Below are positions 28,729 to 37,858 of a DNA stretch of 64,000 nucleotides, piece by piece. Position 1 is the stretch's first letter. Each line of letters starts with the position of its first letter. Source of the DNA: an uncultured Candidatus Saccharibacteria bacterium (GTDB lineage Bacteria; Patescibacteriota; Saccharimonadia; Saccharimonadales; Saccharimonadaceae); the NCBI GenBank assembly GCA_963516005.1, contig CAUPYP010000001.1:39400-103399 (forward strand), read 5' to 3'. A program made the translations under genes and the position numbers. The notes beneath the pieces are model-generated. The model saw only the letters and a program-made list of their open reading frames with translations. It was not told the DNA's origin and did not search any database.

Positions 28729-29745
28729 ATGACCTTAGATACCAATGACCAAGATTCAAAAGCTAGCGAAAAAGTGACTGTCGGGTTTGATTTGTTTAAC
28801 TGGGCGAATAATATCGAGCGTTTCAAAAAAGAACTTGATATGGAAGTGCTGGTGATTAACAAGCACTTTACACCATTTCGGCTCAATCTCGATCAGGATT
28901 TAGATAACCAAACCCGAACAATTTTCTTGTACGAGCTGGTTAATTTTATTAATAAGGGCGCCGAGATTGGGCTGGAGGTCCGGCAATTTGAAATGGAAGA
29001 AGCCTCGAAAGATGTTGTGCTTTATACAACACTAAACCGTGTGGAGCGAGCCAGTTATTTGCTAGACTTCCTGAAAAACCGCTACGGTGAAGTCGTTGAT
29101 TTTAATAACAGCGAGCATGAATTCCGCTTAATGAAAGCCATCGTGGTGAAGTTTACCCATAAAACAGGTGAAGTCGAACCATTTTATATTATTAAACAGC
29201 TGGCCGCTTCGCAGGCAGTGTCGGGCACGACCGCTTGGCAAATCAACAGTTCAAAAGTCGAAGCGTTTGCAAGTGATGTCAGCTTAAAACCACCACTTGA
29301 TAACCAAATGTTGTTAGTTGACAACCAGATTTTTGTGTTTAATCAGGCGAAATTTGAGCGTTTGTTTAATTACGATTACAAAAAACAACTAGTGGCGGAA
29401 GAAAAAGTTCGGGCGATTGAACAGCACTTTAAGCTGAGTTTTCCAGAGGGCGTATCAATGAATATGCTGATCAAAGAGCGCAAAAAGACGCTCGCTAAAA
29501 TCCAAAAACTCGACGTCGATTTTCCGATGAATCAAGAGGAACTGATTGAATATGCTGATGAAATGCAGTTGGAATTGATGACCGATGACCAGGGTGCGAT
29601 TATTATTCTGGATGGTAATGATTTAGATATGTTTATTGGCTTGCTCAACGAAGATTATATGGTCAGCACCGTCACAAACCGTCGTTATGAAATTACTGCC
29701 AAAAAAGCCATGAATGCTCCTGATGGTGAACCGCCACGAGGCTAG
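28729..29745 (+). CDS. Hypothetical protein; possible DUF4868/KwaB-like fold (unverified)
   Basis: 338-aa soluble protein translationally coupled between the CYTH and Pif1 genes. Its size and C-terminal pattern (LLVDNQIFVFNQAKFERLF ... LLNEDYMVSTVTNRRYEITAKK) recall DUF4868. This is from memory only. Confidence 0.35.
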   Translation: MTLDTNDQDSKASEKVTVGFDLFNWANNIERFKKELDMEVLVINKHFTPFRLNLDQDLDNQTRTIFLYELVNFINKGAEIGLEVRQFEMEEASKDVVLYTTLNRVERASYLLDFLKNRYGEVVDFNNSEHEFRLMKAIVVKFTHKTGEVEPFYIIKQLAASQAVSGTTAWQINSSKVEAFASDVSLKPPLDNQMLLVDNQIFVFNQAKFERLFNYDYKKQLVAEEKVRAIEQHFKLSFPEGVSMNMLIKERKKTLAKIQKLDVDFPMNQEELIEYADEMQLELMTDDQGAIIILDGNDLDMFIGLLNEDYMVSTVTNRRYEITAKKAMNAPDGEPPRG

Positions 29746-29748
29746 GAC

Positions 29749-31029
29749 ATGGATCAAGCGCAAGCTCTGAAGATTTTAAACTCCGGTCGCTCAGTGCTAA
29801 TTACTGGTCGAGCTGGTTCGGGTAAGACTTATTTATTAAATCAGTTTATTAAGGCTCGGCGTCAAGCTGGCAAGGTATTAGCAATCACTGCAACGACTGG
29901 TCTGGCGGCGACTCATATTGGCGGTGAAACGATTCATCGCTGGAGTAAAATTGGTGTTCACGACCGATTGCCGGCTACTTTTTTCCAAAAGCTAACTACT
30001 AAAGACCGCCAGCGTCTGTTAGAAGTCGATACGTTAATTATTGACGAAATTAGTATGTTGTCAGATCAGCAATTTGATATGATTAATCAGGTACTAAAGG
30101 CAGTTCGTAGTTCAACAGCGCCATTTGGTGGAGTGCAAGTGGTGATGAGTGGTGATTTTTTTCAGTTGCCACCGATTAAGCGCCAAGTTGTTCAACTCGA
30201 CGTATTTAGCGATGGAGCTGGGGCGGGGTTTGTGACGAGCTCGCGAGCTTATCAGGAGTTAGCGCCGACGGTGTGCTACCTCGAGAGTCAATTTCGTCAG
30301 TCAGACAATGATTTATTAAGCGTGTTAGAGGCGATTAGGACCGGTAATTTTGATGAGTACGAATTTGAATTTTTAAAAAGTCGCCTACATCAACAACCAA
30401 CTGAAGCTGACGGCGTGGTGACGAATTTACATACCTCAAACATGGACGTTGATCGGGTCAATAGTATTAGCTTGGCGCGGATTCGCAATGAGTTAGTCAG
30501 TTATCAGATGATGGGTAGTGGTAGTCGGTATGGTCTGGAGGTACTGAAAAAATCAGTGCTCGCCCCGGAACAACTTGATTTAAAATTAGGTGCGGAAGTG
30601 ATGGCGATTAAAAACGATGCAAAATTACGCTTCGTTAATGGCAGTCTTGGTAAGGTGGTTGATTTTGCTCTTAAGGAAGGCAAGCGTTTGCCGGTGGTGG
30701 AGTTTAACTCTGGTCGGCAGGTGCTAATTGAGCCAGATAGCTGGGACTTAGCGGAAAATGATGTGAAAGTGGCAAGTGTTGCGCAATTACCATTACGCTT
30801 AGCCTATGCGATTACGATTCATAAAGCGCAGGGTATGACGCTGGATAAGGCCAAGATTAATCTGGCCAAGGCTTTTACGCCGGGGATGGGGTATGTGGCA
30901 TTGTCACGAGTGCGGCGATTAGAAGACTTATATTTGATGGGTATTAATCAAATGGCATTGACTGTGTCTGAAGAAGCTCGTCAACTTGACGAAGATTTGA
31001 AGCGCCAATCGCGCATGGAAAAAGTTTAG
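29749..31029 (+). CDS. pif1: Pif1-family (RecD-like SF1B) DNA helicase
   Basis: Walker A GRAGSGKTY, Walker B LIIDEISML, the Pif1 signature PFGGVQVVMSGDFFQLPPI, IHKAQGMT and YVALSRV. Confidence 0.85.
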   Translation: MDQAQALKILNSGRSVLITGRAGSGKTYLLNQFIKARRQAGKVLAITATTGLAATHIGGETIHRWSKIGVHDRLPATFFQKLTTKDRQRLLEVDTLIIDEISMLSDQQFDMINQVLKAVRSSTAPFGGVQVVMSGDFFQLPPIKRQVVQLDVFSDGAGAGFVTSSRAYQELAPTVCYLESQFRQSDNDLLSVLEAIRTGNFDEYEFEFLKSRLHQQPTEADGVVTNLHTSNMDVDRVNSISLARIRNELVSYQMMGSGSRYGLEVLKKSVLAPEQLDLKLGAEVMAIKNDAKLRFVNGSLGKVVDFALKEGKRLPVVEFNSGRQVLIEPDSWDLAENDVKVASVAQLPLRLAYAITIHKAQGMTLDKAKINLAKAFTPGMGYVALSRVRRLEDLYLMGINQMALTVSEEARQLDEDLKRQSRMEKV

Positions 31030-31047
31030 ACAAGTGAGTATAGGGTG

Positions 31048-31056
31048 TGCTAAACT
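31048..31056 (+). promoter_or_regulatory. Extended -10 TGcTAAACT 6 nt upstream of the yvcK ATG
   Basis: The sequence reads TGCTAAACTaaaatcATG. Confidence 0.4.
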
Positions 31057-31062
31057 AAAATC

Positions 31063-32094
31063 ATGAATAATAATCCATTTCGACCTGATGAGGTCAAAAT
31101 TGCGGTCATCGGTGGAGGAACTGGTAGTTTTACTTTACTCTCAGCGCTCAAAAAACACACCAGTCAGATTGCCGCGCTTGTGAATATGGCTGATGATGGT
31201 GGCTCAACCGGCCAATTGCGTGATGAATTAGGAGTTTTGCCGCCTGGTGACGTTCGGCAATGTCTGGTGGCTTTGTCGCGTTTTCCAGAAGTGCGTGATT
31301 TATTTAATTATCGGTTTGAAGCCGGTAGTTTTAAAGGGCATGCCTTTGGCAATTTGTTTTTGACAGCGCTCGAAAAAATGAAAGGTGACTTCGCGGAAGG
31401 GGTGAAGCTAGCTGGTAAAGTATTAAACATTATCGGTACTGTTGAACCAATTACCCTTAATAACGTCACTTTGATGATCGAAGATGACAAAAAGGTAGTC
31501 AAAGGCGAGTATCGAATCAGCGAAAAACGCTTTGCTCAGGCGCGACCAAAAATCTGGCTCGAACCGCACGCTGAGGCTAACCCAATGGCAATTGGAGCGA
31601 TTATGAACGCCGATATGGTGGTGATTGCGCCGGGCAACTTATATAGTAGCTTAGCGCCAGCTCTGTTGGTTGACGGTGTTGGTGAAGCCCTCAAAAGCTC
31701 CCGTGCACTCAAAGTGTATGTATGCAATCTCATGACTAAACCTGGCCAAACTGATGGTTTCATGGTGCAGGATTTTGCGAGCGAAATTGAGCGAATTGCC
31801 GGTACGGAGTTTTTAGATGTAGTGGTGTTTAATACCGAAATCCCAACCGATGAGCTGATCAAAAAATATGCTCGCGATGGCGAATTGCCGGTTGGCTACG
31901 ATGAGCTGGACTTGCTTGAGCAGAATTATCAGGCGCTTGGTGCGAAACTGCTCTCGAGCCAAGTATGGCAACCAGTCAGTAAAGCCGACCCAATTGCCTC
32001 TAGTCGCACACTGATTCGTCACGATTCTGATTTAATTGCTAAGACGTTGCTGGAAGTGTATAAAACTTACAATTTACAGCGCAATGGTGAATAA
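31063..32094 (+). CDS. yvcK: YvcK/CofD-family protein (UPF0052, gluconeogenesis-factor-like)
   Basis: IAVIGGGTGSFTLLSALK and NMADDGGSTGQLRDELGVLPPGDVRQCL. Confidence 0.85.
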   Translation: MNNNPFRPDEVKIAVIGGGTGSFTLLSALKKHTSQIAALVNMADDGGSTGQLRDELGVLPPGDVRQCLVALSRFPEVRDLFNYRFEAGSFKGHAFGNLFLTALEKMKGDFAEGVKLAGKVLNIIGTVEPITLNNVTLMIEDDKKVVKGEYRISEKRFAQARPKIWLEPHAEANPMAIGAIMNADMVVIAPGNLYSSLAPALLVDGVGEALKSSRALKVYVCNLMTKPGQTDGFMVQDFASEIERIAGTEFLDVVVFNTEIPTDELIKKYARDGELPVGYDELDLLEQNYQALGAKLLSSQVWQPVSKADPIASSRTLIRHDSDLIAKTLLEVYKTYNLQRNGE

Positions 32095-32650
32095 ACTATT
32101 TGTTTTGCTGGATTTTGATCGGACGTTAGCGGACACTGATCAGCTAAAATATGATTTTGATCAGCTTCTGGCGCGTGGTTTATCCTCTGAATCAGCGCTG
32201 ATCGAATTTGGGCAAACGCATCAGACACGACAAGCAGGACAAAAGTACTTATTGCCTGGGGTGATAGAATTGTTGAGTTTTTTACAACAAAAGGTAATTC
32301 CGCATGGTATTTTGACTTATGGTCAAGCTGACTGGCAACGGGCGAAAATATTAGCTACAGGATTAGCTGATTTACCAGTTGTGATCACTGATCGTACCGA
32401 TAAGGGCGCATTGATTGCTAGTTGGCGTCAGGCGAGTGGAGCTTATCAGCTACCGCCCGAGCTGGATGGGCAATTTGTCGAGCAGATTATGCTGATTGAT
32501 GATAAAATCTATTCGTTTGATGGCTTGCCGGCTGATGCTCTAGGGCTATATTGTGGAGGCGGACAAGCTGATGATCTGCCACGCAATGTTCAGTCAATCG
32601 CCAACTTAAGCGAAGCGCAGGACTACATCGGTCAGCTTCTAGACTATTAG
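32084..32650 (+). CDS. HAD-superfamily hydrolase-like protein
   Basis: The ATG at 32084 overlaps the yvcK stop. The N-terminal LLDFDRTLADTD resembles HAD motif I (DxD). Confidence 0.5.
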   Translation: MVNKLFVLLDFDRTLADTDQLKYDFDQLLARGLSSESALIEFGQTHQTRQAGQKYLLPGVIELLSFLQQKVIPHGILTYGQADWQRAKILATGLADLPVVITDRTDKGALIASWRQASGAYQLPPELDGQFVEQIMLIDDKIYSFDGLPADALGLYCGGGQADDLPRNVQSIANLSEAQDYIGQLLDY

Positions 32651-32702
32651 ATAACTAAAAATGCCTAGCGTGATACCAGGCGATTTTTAGATTAAAGAGT
32701 GA

Positions 32703-32975
32703 TTATTTAACGCAGACTTGGGTGCGTGGTACGGTTTTACCGCTGAAGCGAGTTTTCTTGACTTTTTTGAACTCAACAACGCCAGCTTTAGCAGCGTGAA
32801 TAGTGTAGTTTCGGCTCATAAAAGTACCTTCACCAGCGATTTTGGTCGCACCAGTTTGGCGAACGAGCACTTCGCCTTCGTTAACTTTTTGGCCACCGAA
32901 TCGTTTGACGCCCAACCGTTGTCCAGGCGAGTCGTGGATGTTCTTACTTGAGCCACCGGCTTTAACTTTTGACAT
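32703..32975 (-). CDS. rpmA: 50S ribosomal protein L27
   Basis: KAGGSSKNIHDSPGQRLGVKRFGGQKV is typical L27. The gene is monocistronic, with no rplU adjacent. Confidence 0.95.
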   Translation of the reverse strand: MSKVKAGGSSKNIHDSPGQRLGVKRFGGQKVNEGEVLVRQTGATKIAGEGTFMSRNYTIHAAKAGVVEFKKVKKTRFSGKTVPRTQVCVK

Positions 32976-33028
32976 TTATTTTCTCCTCACCCCGACTTGG
33001 GGTCTTAGTTTTTATAATAACTCGCTAT

Positions 33029-33057
33029 ATTTTACACAATTGTGGTTAAAAAGTCAA
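33029..33057 (-). promoter_or_regulatory. rpmA promoter TTGACT-17-TAAAAT
   Basis: On the - strand the -35 is at 33052-33057 and the -10 at 33029-33034. Confidence 0.55.
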
Positions 33058-33146
33058 TAAAAGATTGACAATAACCCAAAAAAGCATCAATTTACGATGA
33101 TAATGCTATAATAAAACTATAAGTTATAAATAATAAAGGAGAATTT

Positions 33147-33914
33147 ATGTCAGACAACGTAAATCCAACTCCGGCTGCGCCAAAGTCAACTGCGCCGGTA
33201 TCCACGAAAATTGATTTCAAAAATATGTGGAATTTTCTGAAAAAAACTATCACTAATCCAACCGAAGCTTTGACGAAAGACATCGATGGTTTTGTTGATA
33301 TCAAAAACAGTGCTATCTTAGCGGGTGTCGTGGCGCTGATCGGAGCGCTCATCAATGTCATCACGGCGATGATTGTTGCTCTCAATAGCTCACGCGTAGT
33401 TAAAAGCCTCTTCGGTAGCTCAAAAACTGTTAAAGAAGGTCTCAACTGGGACGCTCTGGGAAGTGTTGAGTATGGCTCAATTATTTTTAAAGCCATCTTG
33501 GCCTATGGTTTGATTATGGCAATCGGTGCTGGTGTTTATTTCATCGCTAGCTCAGTCGTAAAAAAACAAGCTAACTTTTCAAAATTACTAGCTGTCGTCA
33601 GCATTGCTCTATTATTCTATCTGGTGCTATCACAAATTGCTGGTACTTTGATTATGAAACTCAGCGTTCAAGTCGGTATGTTTGTGGCGAAAATTGGTTT
33701 GATTTACGCTCTCGTCTTAGCATACGAAGGTTTGAACTTCCAAATTTTTGGTGACAAAAAAGACCAAACTAAGATTTTCTTCAACATTGCTAGTCTGGCA
33801 GTGGTTGCCGTGGTATTTTATTATATTAACCGCGAACTGATGACTGGTGTGACAGCGTCAAACGTCATGGATGGTCTTGACTCACTCAAATCACTCGAGA
33901 AGCTTTTGAAATAA
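33147..33914 (+). CDS. Hypothetical multi-pass membrane protein
   Basis: AAGGAG RBS. 255 aa with about 5 TM helices. The antisense ORF 33092-33496 is a shadow of this gene. Confidence 0.65.
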   Translation: MSDNVNPTPAAPKSTAPVSTKIDFKNMWNFLKKTITNPTEALTKDIDGFVDIKNSAILAGVVALIGALINVITAMIVALNSSRVVKSLFGSSKTVKEGLNWDALGSVEYGSIIFKAILAYGLIMAIGAGVYFIASSVVKKQANFSKLLAVVSIALLFYLVLSQIAGTLIMKLSVQVGMFVAKIGLIYALVLAYEGLNFQIFGDKKDQTKIFFNIASLAVVAVVFYYINRELMTGVTASNVMDGLDSLKSLEKLLK

Positions 33915-33929
33915 CTGTACCAAATGCAA

Positions 33930-33967
33930 TAAAAACCGCCTCGTGACCATTGAGGCGGTTTTTGTTT
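33930..33967. terminator. Bidirectional terminator between convergent genes
   Basis: Stem AACCGCCTC / GAGGCGGTT, flanked by an A-run on one side and a T-run on the other. Confidence 0.7.
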
Positions 33968-33983
33968 AAAAATATCGATGTAT

Positions 33984-35144
33984 TTACGCTTTACGCAAAA
34001 TTACAATACGACGAGCGACGATTTGATCATCGCGGTGATAGAGTAGGCTACGTTCATCGACGTGCCGTAATTTAACCAACTTGAAGCCGAGTCGTTTGAG
34101 GTAAATCGGCTTAATCAGCTCTAAATCACGATATGAACCGTCACGTCGCAACCAAGCTGGCAGGGCGAGACAAACGCGAGCGCCAGTGGGTAATTGTTGA
34201 TGTAAATTAGTTAAAAATCGGGTTTGTAATTGACTGATAGTATCAGCCTCAGTGTCGATAGTGGTGTCTGATTGAATTGACTTAAATGGATAGCCAAGAT
34301 AAGTTTCACTGGCGACACAGTCGACATCATTTGGCCACTGTGCTTCGGTGGCATCACCAACTAGCAACTCGGGAGCTAAATCACGATCGAGCCAAGCTAG
34401 ATTCTGTTTGGTATAATCAATCATTCGAGGTTCTAGGTCGCTACCAACTACTCGAAAACCAAGCAAATGAGCCTCTTGCAAGACCACGCCCGTTCCGCAA
34501 AACGGATCGAGCAGTTTGAACTGCTGGTTTGTCGCAAACGGTGCTGGGCGTGATAAATTAATCAAAATCTGGGCCAACTTCGGTGGTAGCATGCCAACTC
34601 GAGCATCGCGCTTCGGACGCTTACGGTCACGGTTGACATAGGCGGTGATATTTTGGGCGCCAAGACTGCGACCGATGTAAGTTCGGCCGGCTTGTTTAAC
34701 GATAATCAGTTCGAGTTTTTTGGGACTGAGACCGAGCTTATTATGGTGTGAGACGGCGGTTGATAAGGCGCTAGTTTGGTTGGGGACGAGGCGAATTGAG
34801 CCAGTGAAGGCTGATTTAATGGCTAGACCTAGCTCCTGCGCCTGACGTGGTTTGATGCGCGAATTGTAATAGCTCACGCCGAGAGTGATTTTACCTAAAT
34901 CTTGCGTTAAGGTTTTAGTATAAAACTGCACCAGGCGACTCTTGATGGTTTTAAAATCAGTAGTGTTTAACTCCAAATCAAGTTGTGCTAACTTCAAACA
35001 ACCACCAAAATGATTAATTTCGGCTGTTTCCGCATCAATCAGTGCAAAATCCTCACCAACAAGCTGGAGTTTATCTGCCCCAAAATAACTCTCGAGCTCG
35101 GCCACTGATAGCTCGGCTTGTCGTCCCAAAATTGCAATTAACAT
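33984..35144 (-). CDS. Class I SAM-dependent (RNA) methyltransferase-like protein, UPF0020/Trm11-like
   Basis: SAM motif I LLDPFCGTGVVLQEA. The motif IV position reads SETYLG rather than DPPY, so substrate and activity are uncertain. Confidence 0.5.
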   Translation of the reverse strand: MLIAILGRQAELSVAELESYFGADKLQLVGEDFALIDAETAEINHFGGCLKLAQLDLELNTTDFKTIKSRLVQFYTKTLTQDLGKITLGVSYYNSRIKPRQAQELGLAIKSAFTGSIRLVPNQTSALSTAVSHHNKLGLSPKKLELIIVKQAGRTYIGRSLGAQNITAYVNRDRKRPKRDARVGMLPPKLAQILINLSRPAPFATNQQFKLLDPFCGTGVVLQEAHLLGFRVVGSDLEPRMIDYTKQNLAWLDRDLAPELLVGDATEAQWPNDVDCVASETYLGYPFKSIQSDTTIDTEADTISQLQTRFLTNLHQQLPTGARVCLALPAWLRRDGSYRDLELIKPIYLKRLGFKLVKLRHVDERSLLYHRDDQIVARRIVILRKA

Positions 35145-35161
35145 AAGGCTATTATATATGA

Positions 35162-35167
35162 TATGAT
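35162..35167 (+). promoter_or_regulatory. -10 box TATGAT 6 nt upstream of the xseA ATG
   Basis: The sequence reads TATGATggtgatATG. Confidence 0.4.
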
Positions 35168-35173
35168 GGTGAT

Positions 35174-36283
35174 ATGGAAGTGGGAGAACAAGTTCCGTCG
35201 CTACCGATTTTCGGTGTGGTTGATTTTTTGGCGACGACTAATCAGATTTTAGACTACAGCTTGCCAGTGGTACAAATTATTGGTGAGGTGTCGAGTTTTA
35301 AGATAAATCAAGATAAATATATTTTTTTTGACCTCAAAGAAGACGATAGTTTGGTGAGCTGTTTTATGATGCGGTTTAAACTGCGTCAAGAGATTATTGA
35401 CGGCATGAAGGTAATTATTACTGGTAAACCAAACTTGACGCGGATGGGCAAGTTCAGTATTACCGTCGATAGTATCAAGCCTTTTGGTCAGGGTGAAATT
35501 AAAAAACAGCGTGATTTATTGTTTGAAAAACTTAAAAACGAAGGTTTGTTTGATGAAGCGCGTAAGCGAGCTTTGCCACGCTTACCAGAGCGAATCGGGG
35601 TGATTTCCTCAACCGGTGCCGCTGGTTATCAGGATTTTATTAAGATCATCAATGAACGCTGGTCGGGACTGGAACTGGTGGTGCGTTCAACTCCAGTGCA
35701 GGGTGATATGGCGGCTGACGAAATGATTAATGCTCTCGATGAGCTGAATCAGATGGACTTGGACGTGATTGTGGTGATTCGTGGCGGTGGGTCACGGGAT
35801 GATTTGGCGTGCTTTGACGATGAACGGTTGGCACGGGCGATCGATGAGAGTTATTTGCCGGTGGCGACTGGTATTGGGCATGAGATTGATATGAGTCTGG
35901 CAGATCTAGTGGCGGATTTTCGAGCGGCTACCCCGAGTCATTTAGCACAGGCAATTGTGCCGTCGAAAAAAACCGTGCTTGACGGTCTGGAACAAGGTCT
36001 GAAATACATTCAGGCTGATTTAGTGCAAGCCTGCGATCGCCAACTCGACTGGGTTGACCAGTGTCATCTAGAAGTATTACAGGCGCTGTTTGACAAAATT
36101 GAACAAACCGAAAACCGGGTGTTTGAGATGGCGCGAATTCTCAAGGCGCTTAATCCTCAGCGCGTCTTGGAACGCGGTTATGCTATTGTCCGTGGAATTG
36201 TCGCCCAACAACAGTTAATTGAAATTGAGCTAAAAGATAAAATAATTGCCGCTGAGGTAAAGGAGATTTATGACAAAAAATAA
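35174..36283 (+). CDS. xseA: Exodeoxyribonuclease VII large subunit
   Basis: An N-terminal OB fold is followed by the catalytic domain (RGGGSRDDL, TGIGHEID) and a C-terminal helical region. Confidence 0.9.
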   Translation: MEVGEQVPSLPIFGVVDFLATTNQILDYSLPVVQIIGEVSSFKINQDKYIFFDLKEDDSLVSCFMMRFKLRQEIIDGMKVIITGKPNLTRMGKFSITVDSIKPFGQGEIKKQRDLLFEKLKNEGLFDEARKRALPRLPERIGVISSTGAAGYQDFIKIINERWSGLELVVRSTPVQGDMAADEMINALDELNQMDLDVIVVIRGGGSRDDLACFDDERLARAIDESYLPVATGIGHEIDMSLADLVADFRAATPSHLAQAIVPSKKTVLDGLEQGLKYIQADLVQACDRQLDWVDQCHLEVLQALFDKIEQTENRVFEMARILKALNPQRVLERGYAIVRGIVAQQQLIEIELKDKIIAAEVKEIYDKK

Positions 36284-36452
36284 AACTATTAAGCAACAAA
36301 TGGAAGAAATCGAAGAGATTTTAAACTGGTTCGATCAGGCCAGTGATTTCGATGTCGAGAAGGCGACTGAGAAATACCAGCAGGCTTATGAACTACTCCA
36401 AGAGCTACGTTTAGACCTGGAAACCAAGAAAAATCAGATTGAAGAACTGTAG
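36270..36452 (+). CDS. xseB: Exodeoxyribonuclease VII small subunit
   Basis: 60-aa helical protein that overlaps the xseA 3' end. Confidence 0.85.
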   Translation: MTKNKTIKQQMEEIEEILNWFDQASDFDVEKATEKYQQAYELLQELRLDLETKKNQIEEL

Positions 36453-36542
36453 TAATTTGGAAATTTTGATAAAATATTATCTGGTAGAAAATAAAATAAT
36501 AAAAAGTCAACCGAACAATTTTACACTGGCTGTGGAAAAAGC

Positions 36543-37082
36543 ATGAGCGAGATTTTGATGATAATTGGTGGGGTAGTGGGGGCGATGTTTTTGTTGACAG
36601 TGCTAGTTGGTGCACCGTATGTGCCAACGCATAGTCGTCAGTTTCGTCGGCTGTTGCGTTATTTACGGCTTAATCCGCAGACCGATGTATTGGTCGATTT
36701 AGGTGCGGGCGATGGGAAAATTGTGCGCTTGTCAGCTCCATATGTGAAATTAGCGCTGGGCTACGAAATCAATCCGGCTCTAGTAGCGCTGGCAAAATTA
36801 CGCACTCGGAGTTTCCAGAATACTCGTATCAAATTGGCTGATTTGCGTCAGATTCAGTTGCCTCCGGAAACGACTGTAATTTATATTTTTTCAGCTGGAA
36901 CTTTTTTAAAACAAGTGATTGCGCTCATTAACCGACATCTCCAGCAAGCTAATCGACCATTAACAGTGATTAGTTATGGCTTTGAAATGCCGGATCTCGG
37001 CCAGCCGGAGGTTTATCAGGGCTTTTTGATTTATCGCCTCAAGCAAAAAAGCACTAGCAAAAAACCGTCAAGCAGGGTATAA
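36543..37082 (+). CDS. Small class I SAM-dependent methyltransferase with an N-terminal TM helix
   Basis: Motif I VLVDLGAGDGKIV, then GYEINP. Confidence 0.6.
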   Translation: MSEILMIIGGVVGAMFLLTVLVGAPYVPTHSRQFRRLLRYLRLNPQTDVLVDLGAGDGKIVRLSAPYVKLALGYEINPALVALAKLRTRSFQNTRIKLADLRQIQLPPETTVIYIFSAGTFLKQVIALINRHLQQANRPLTVISYGFEMPDLGQPEVYQGFLIYRLKQKSTSKKPSSRV

Positions 37083-37083
37083 T
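37078..37083 (+). promoter_or_regulatory. -10 box TATAAT 7 nt upstream of ATG 37091
   Basis: The sequence reads GGTATAATttaacttATG. The box overlaps the stop of the upstream gene. Confidence 0.4.
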
Positions 37084-37090
37084 TTAACTT

Positions 37091-37747
37091 ATGGAAAACG
37101 CTCAACAAAAAAATCCCAAAAACGAAGCTAACGGCTTGATGGTGATGGCAGTGGTCTTTGGACTAATTCTATTCTTGGGTCTGGTGACCATGGTGTGGAT
37201 GGCAATTACTTTTGCTAATTATCGTAATAATGATGTTAATCGTCTCAAGGCAAAAGAAGAAGAATCGCGTATTGCGACTACGCAGAAGTTAGAAGCGCAA
37301 TTTGCCGAACTCGAAAAAACACCATATCAGCAGTTTGTGGGGCCAGAAGATTTAGGGCGTGTGGCTTTTTCTTACCCTAAAACTTGGAATCAATACATTA
37401 ATAAGGCCACTCAGCCATTTGAAGTGTTTTTTAACCCAAATCTAGTCCGTCCAGTATCTGATGCTAACTCGCGCTATGCTCTGCGGATGCTAATTGAACC
37501 AAATGATTATGTCAAAGTTGTTGATAAATACAGTAGTTTAATTAAAAGTAATAAACTCAAACAATCGATTATTAATATCAACGGTCAGCAGTCAACCCGC
37601 CTTGATGGTCAATTTAGTGACAAAATCACTGGTTCAGCAGTTATCTTTAAAATCCGTGACAAGACGGTGACGATTCGTACCGACACCGACCAAACTCACT
37701 TGCCAGATTTTAATAAATTGATCGGCACTATCACCTTCAAAGATTAA
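37091..37747 (+). CDS. Hypothetical membrane-anchored protein
   Basis: 218 aa with one TM and an extracytoplasmic domain. TATAAT sits 7 nt upstream of the ATG. Confidence 0.65.
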   Translation: MENAQQKNPKNEANGLMVMAVVFGLILFLGLVTMVWMAITFANYRNNDVNRLKAKEEESRIATTQKLEAQFAELEKTPYQQFVGPEDLGRVAFSYPKTWNQYINKATQPFEVFFNPNLVRPVSDANSRYALRMLIEPNDYVKVVDKYSSLIKSNKLKQSIININGQQSTRLDGQFSDKITGSAVIFKIRDKTVTIRTDTDQTHLPDFNKLIGTITFKD

Positions 37748-37772
37748 AAAACTTACTCACTAGGGAATTGAA

Positions 37773-37801
37773 AACCGTTGTATTTACTACAACGGTTTTT
37801 T
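37773..37801 (+). terminator. Intrinsic terminator after gene 37091-37747
   Basis: Stem AACCGTTGTA / TACAACGGTT followed by TTTTT. Confidence 0.7.
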
Positions 37802-37858
37802 AGATATGTTGACGTATGGAGCTGTCTAGAGAATTGTGTTTTATGTTACAATGGCAAT

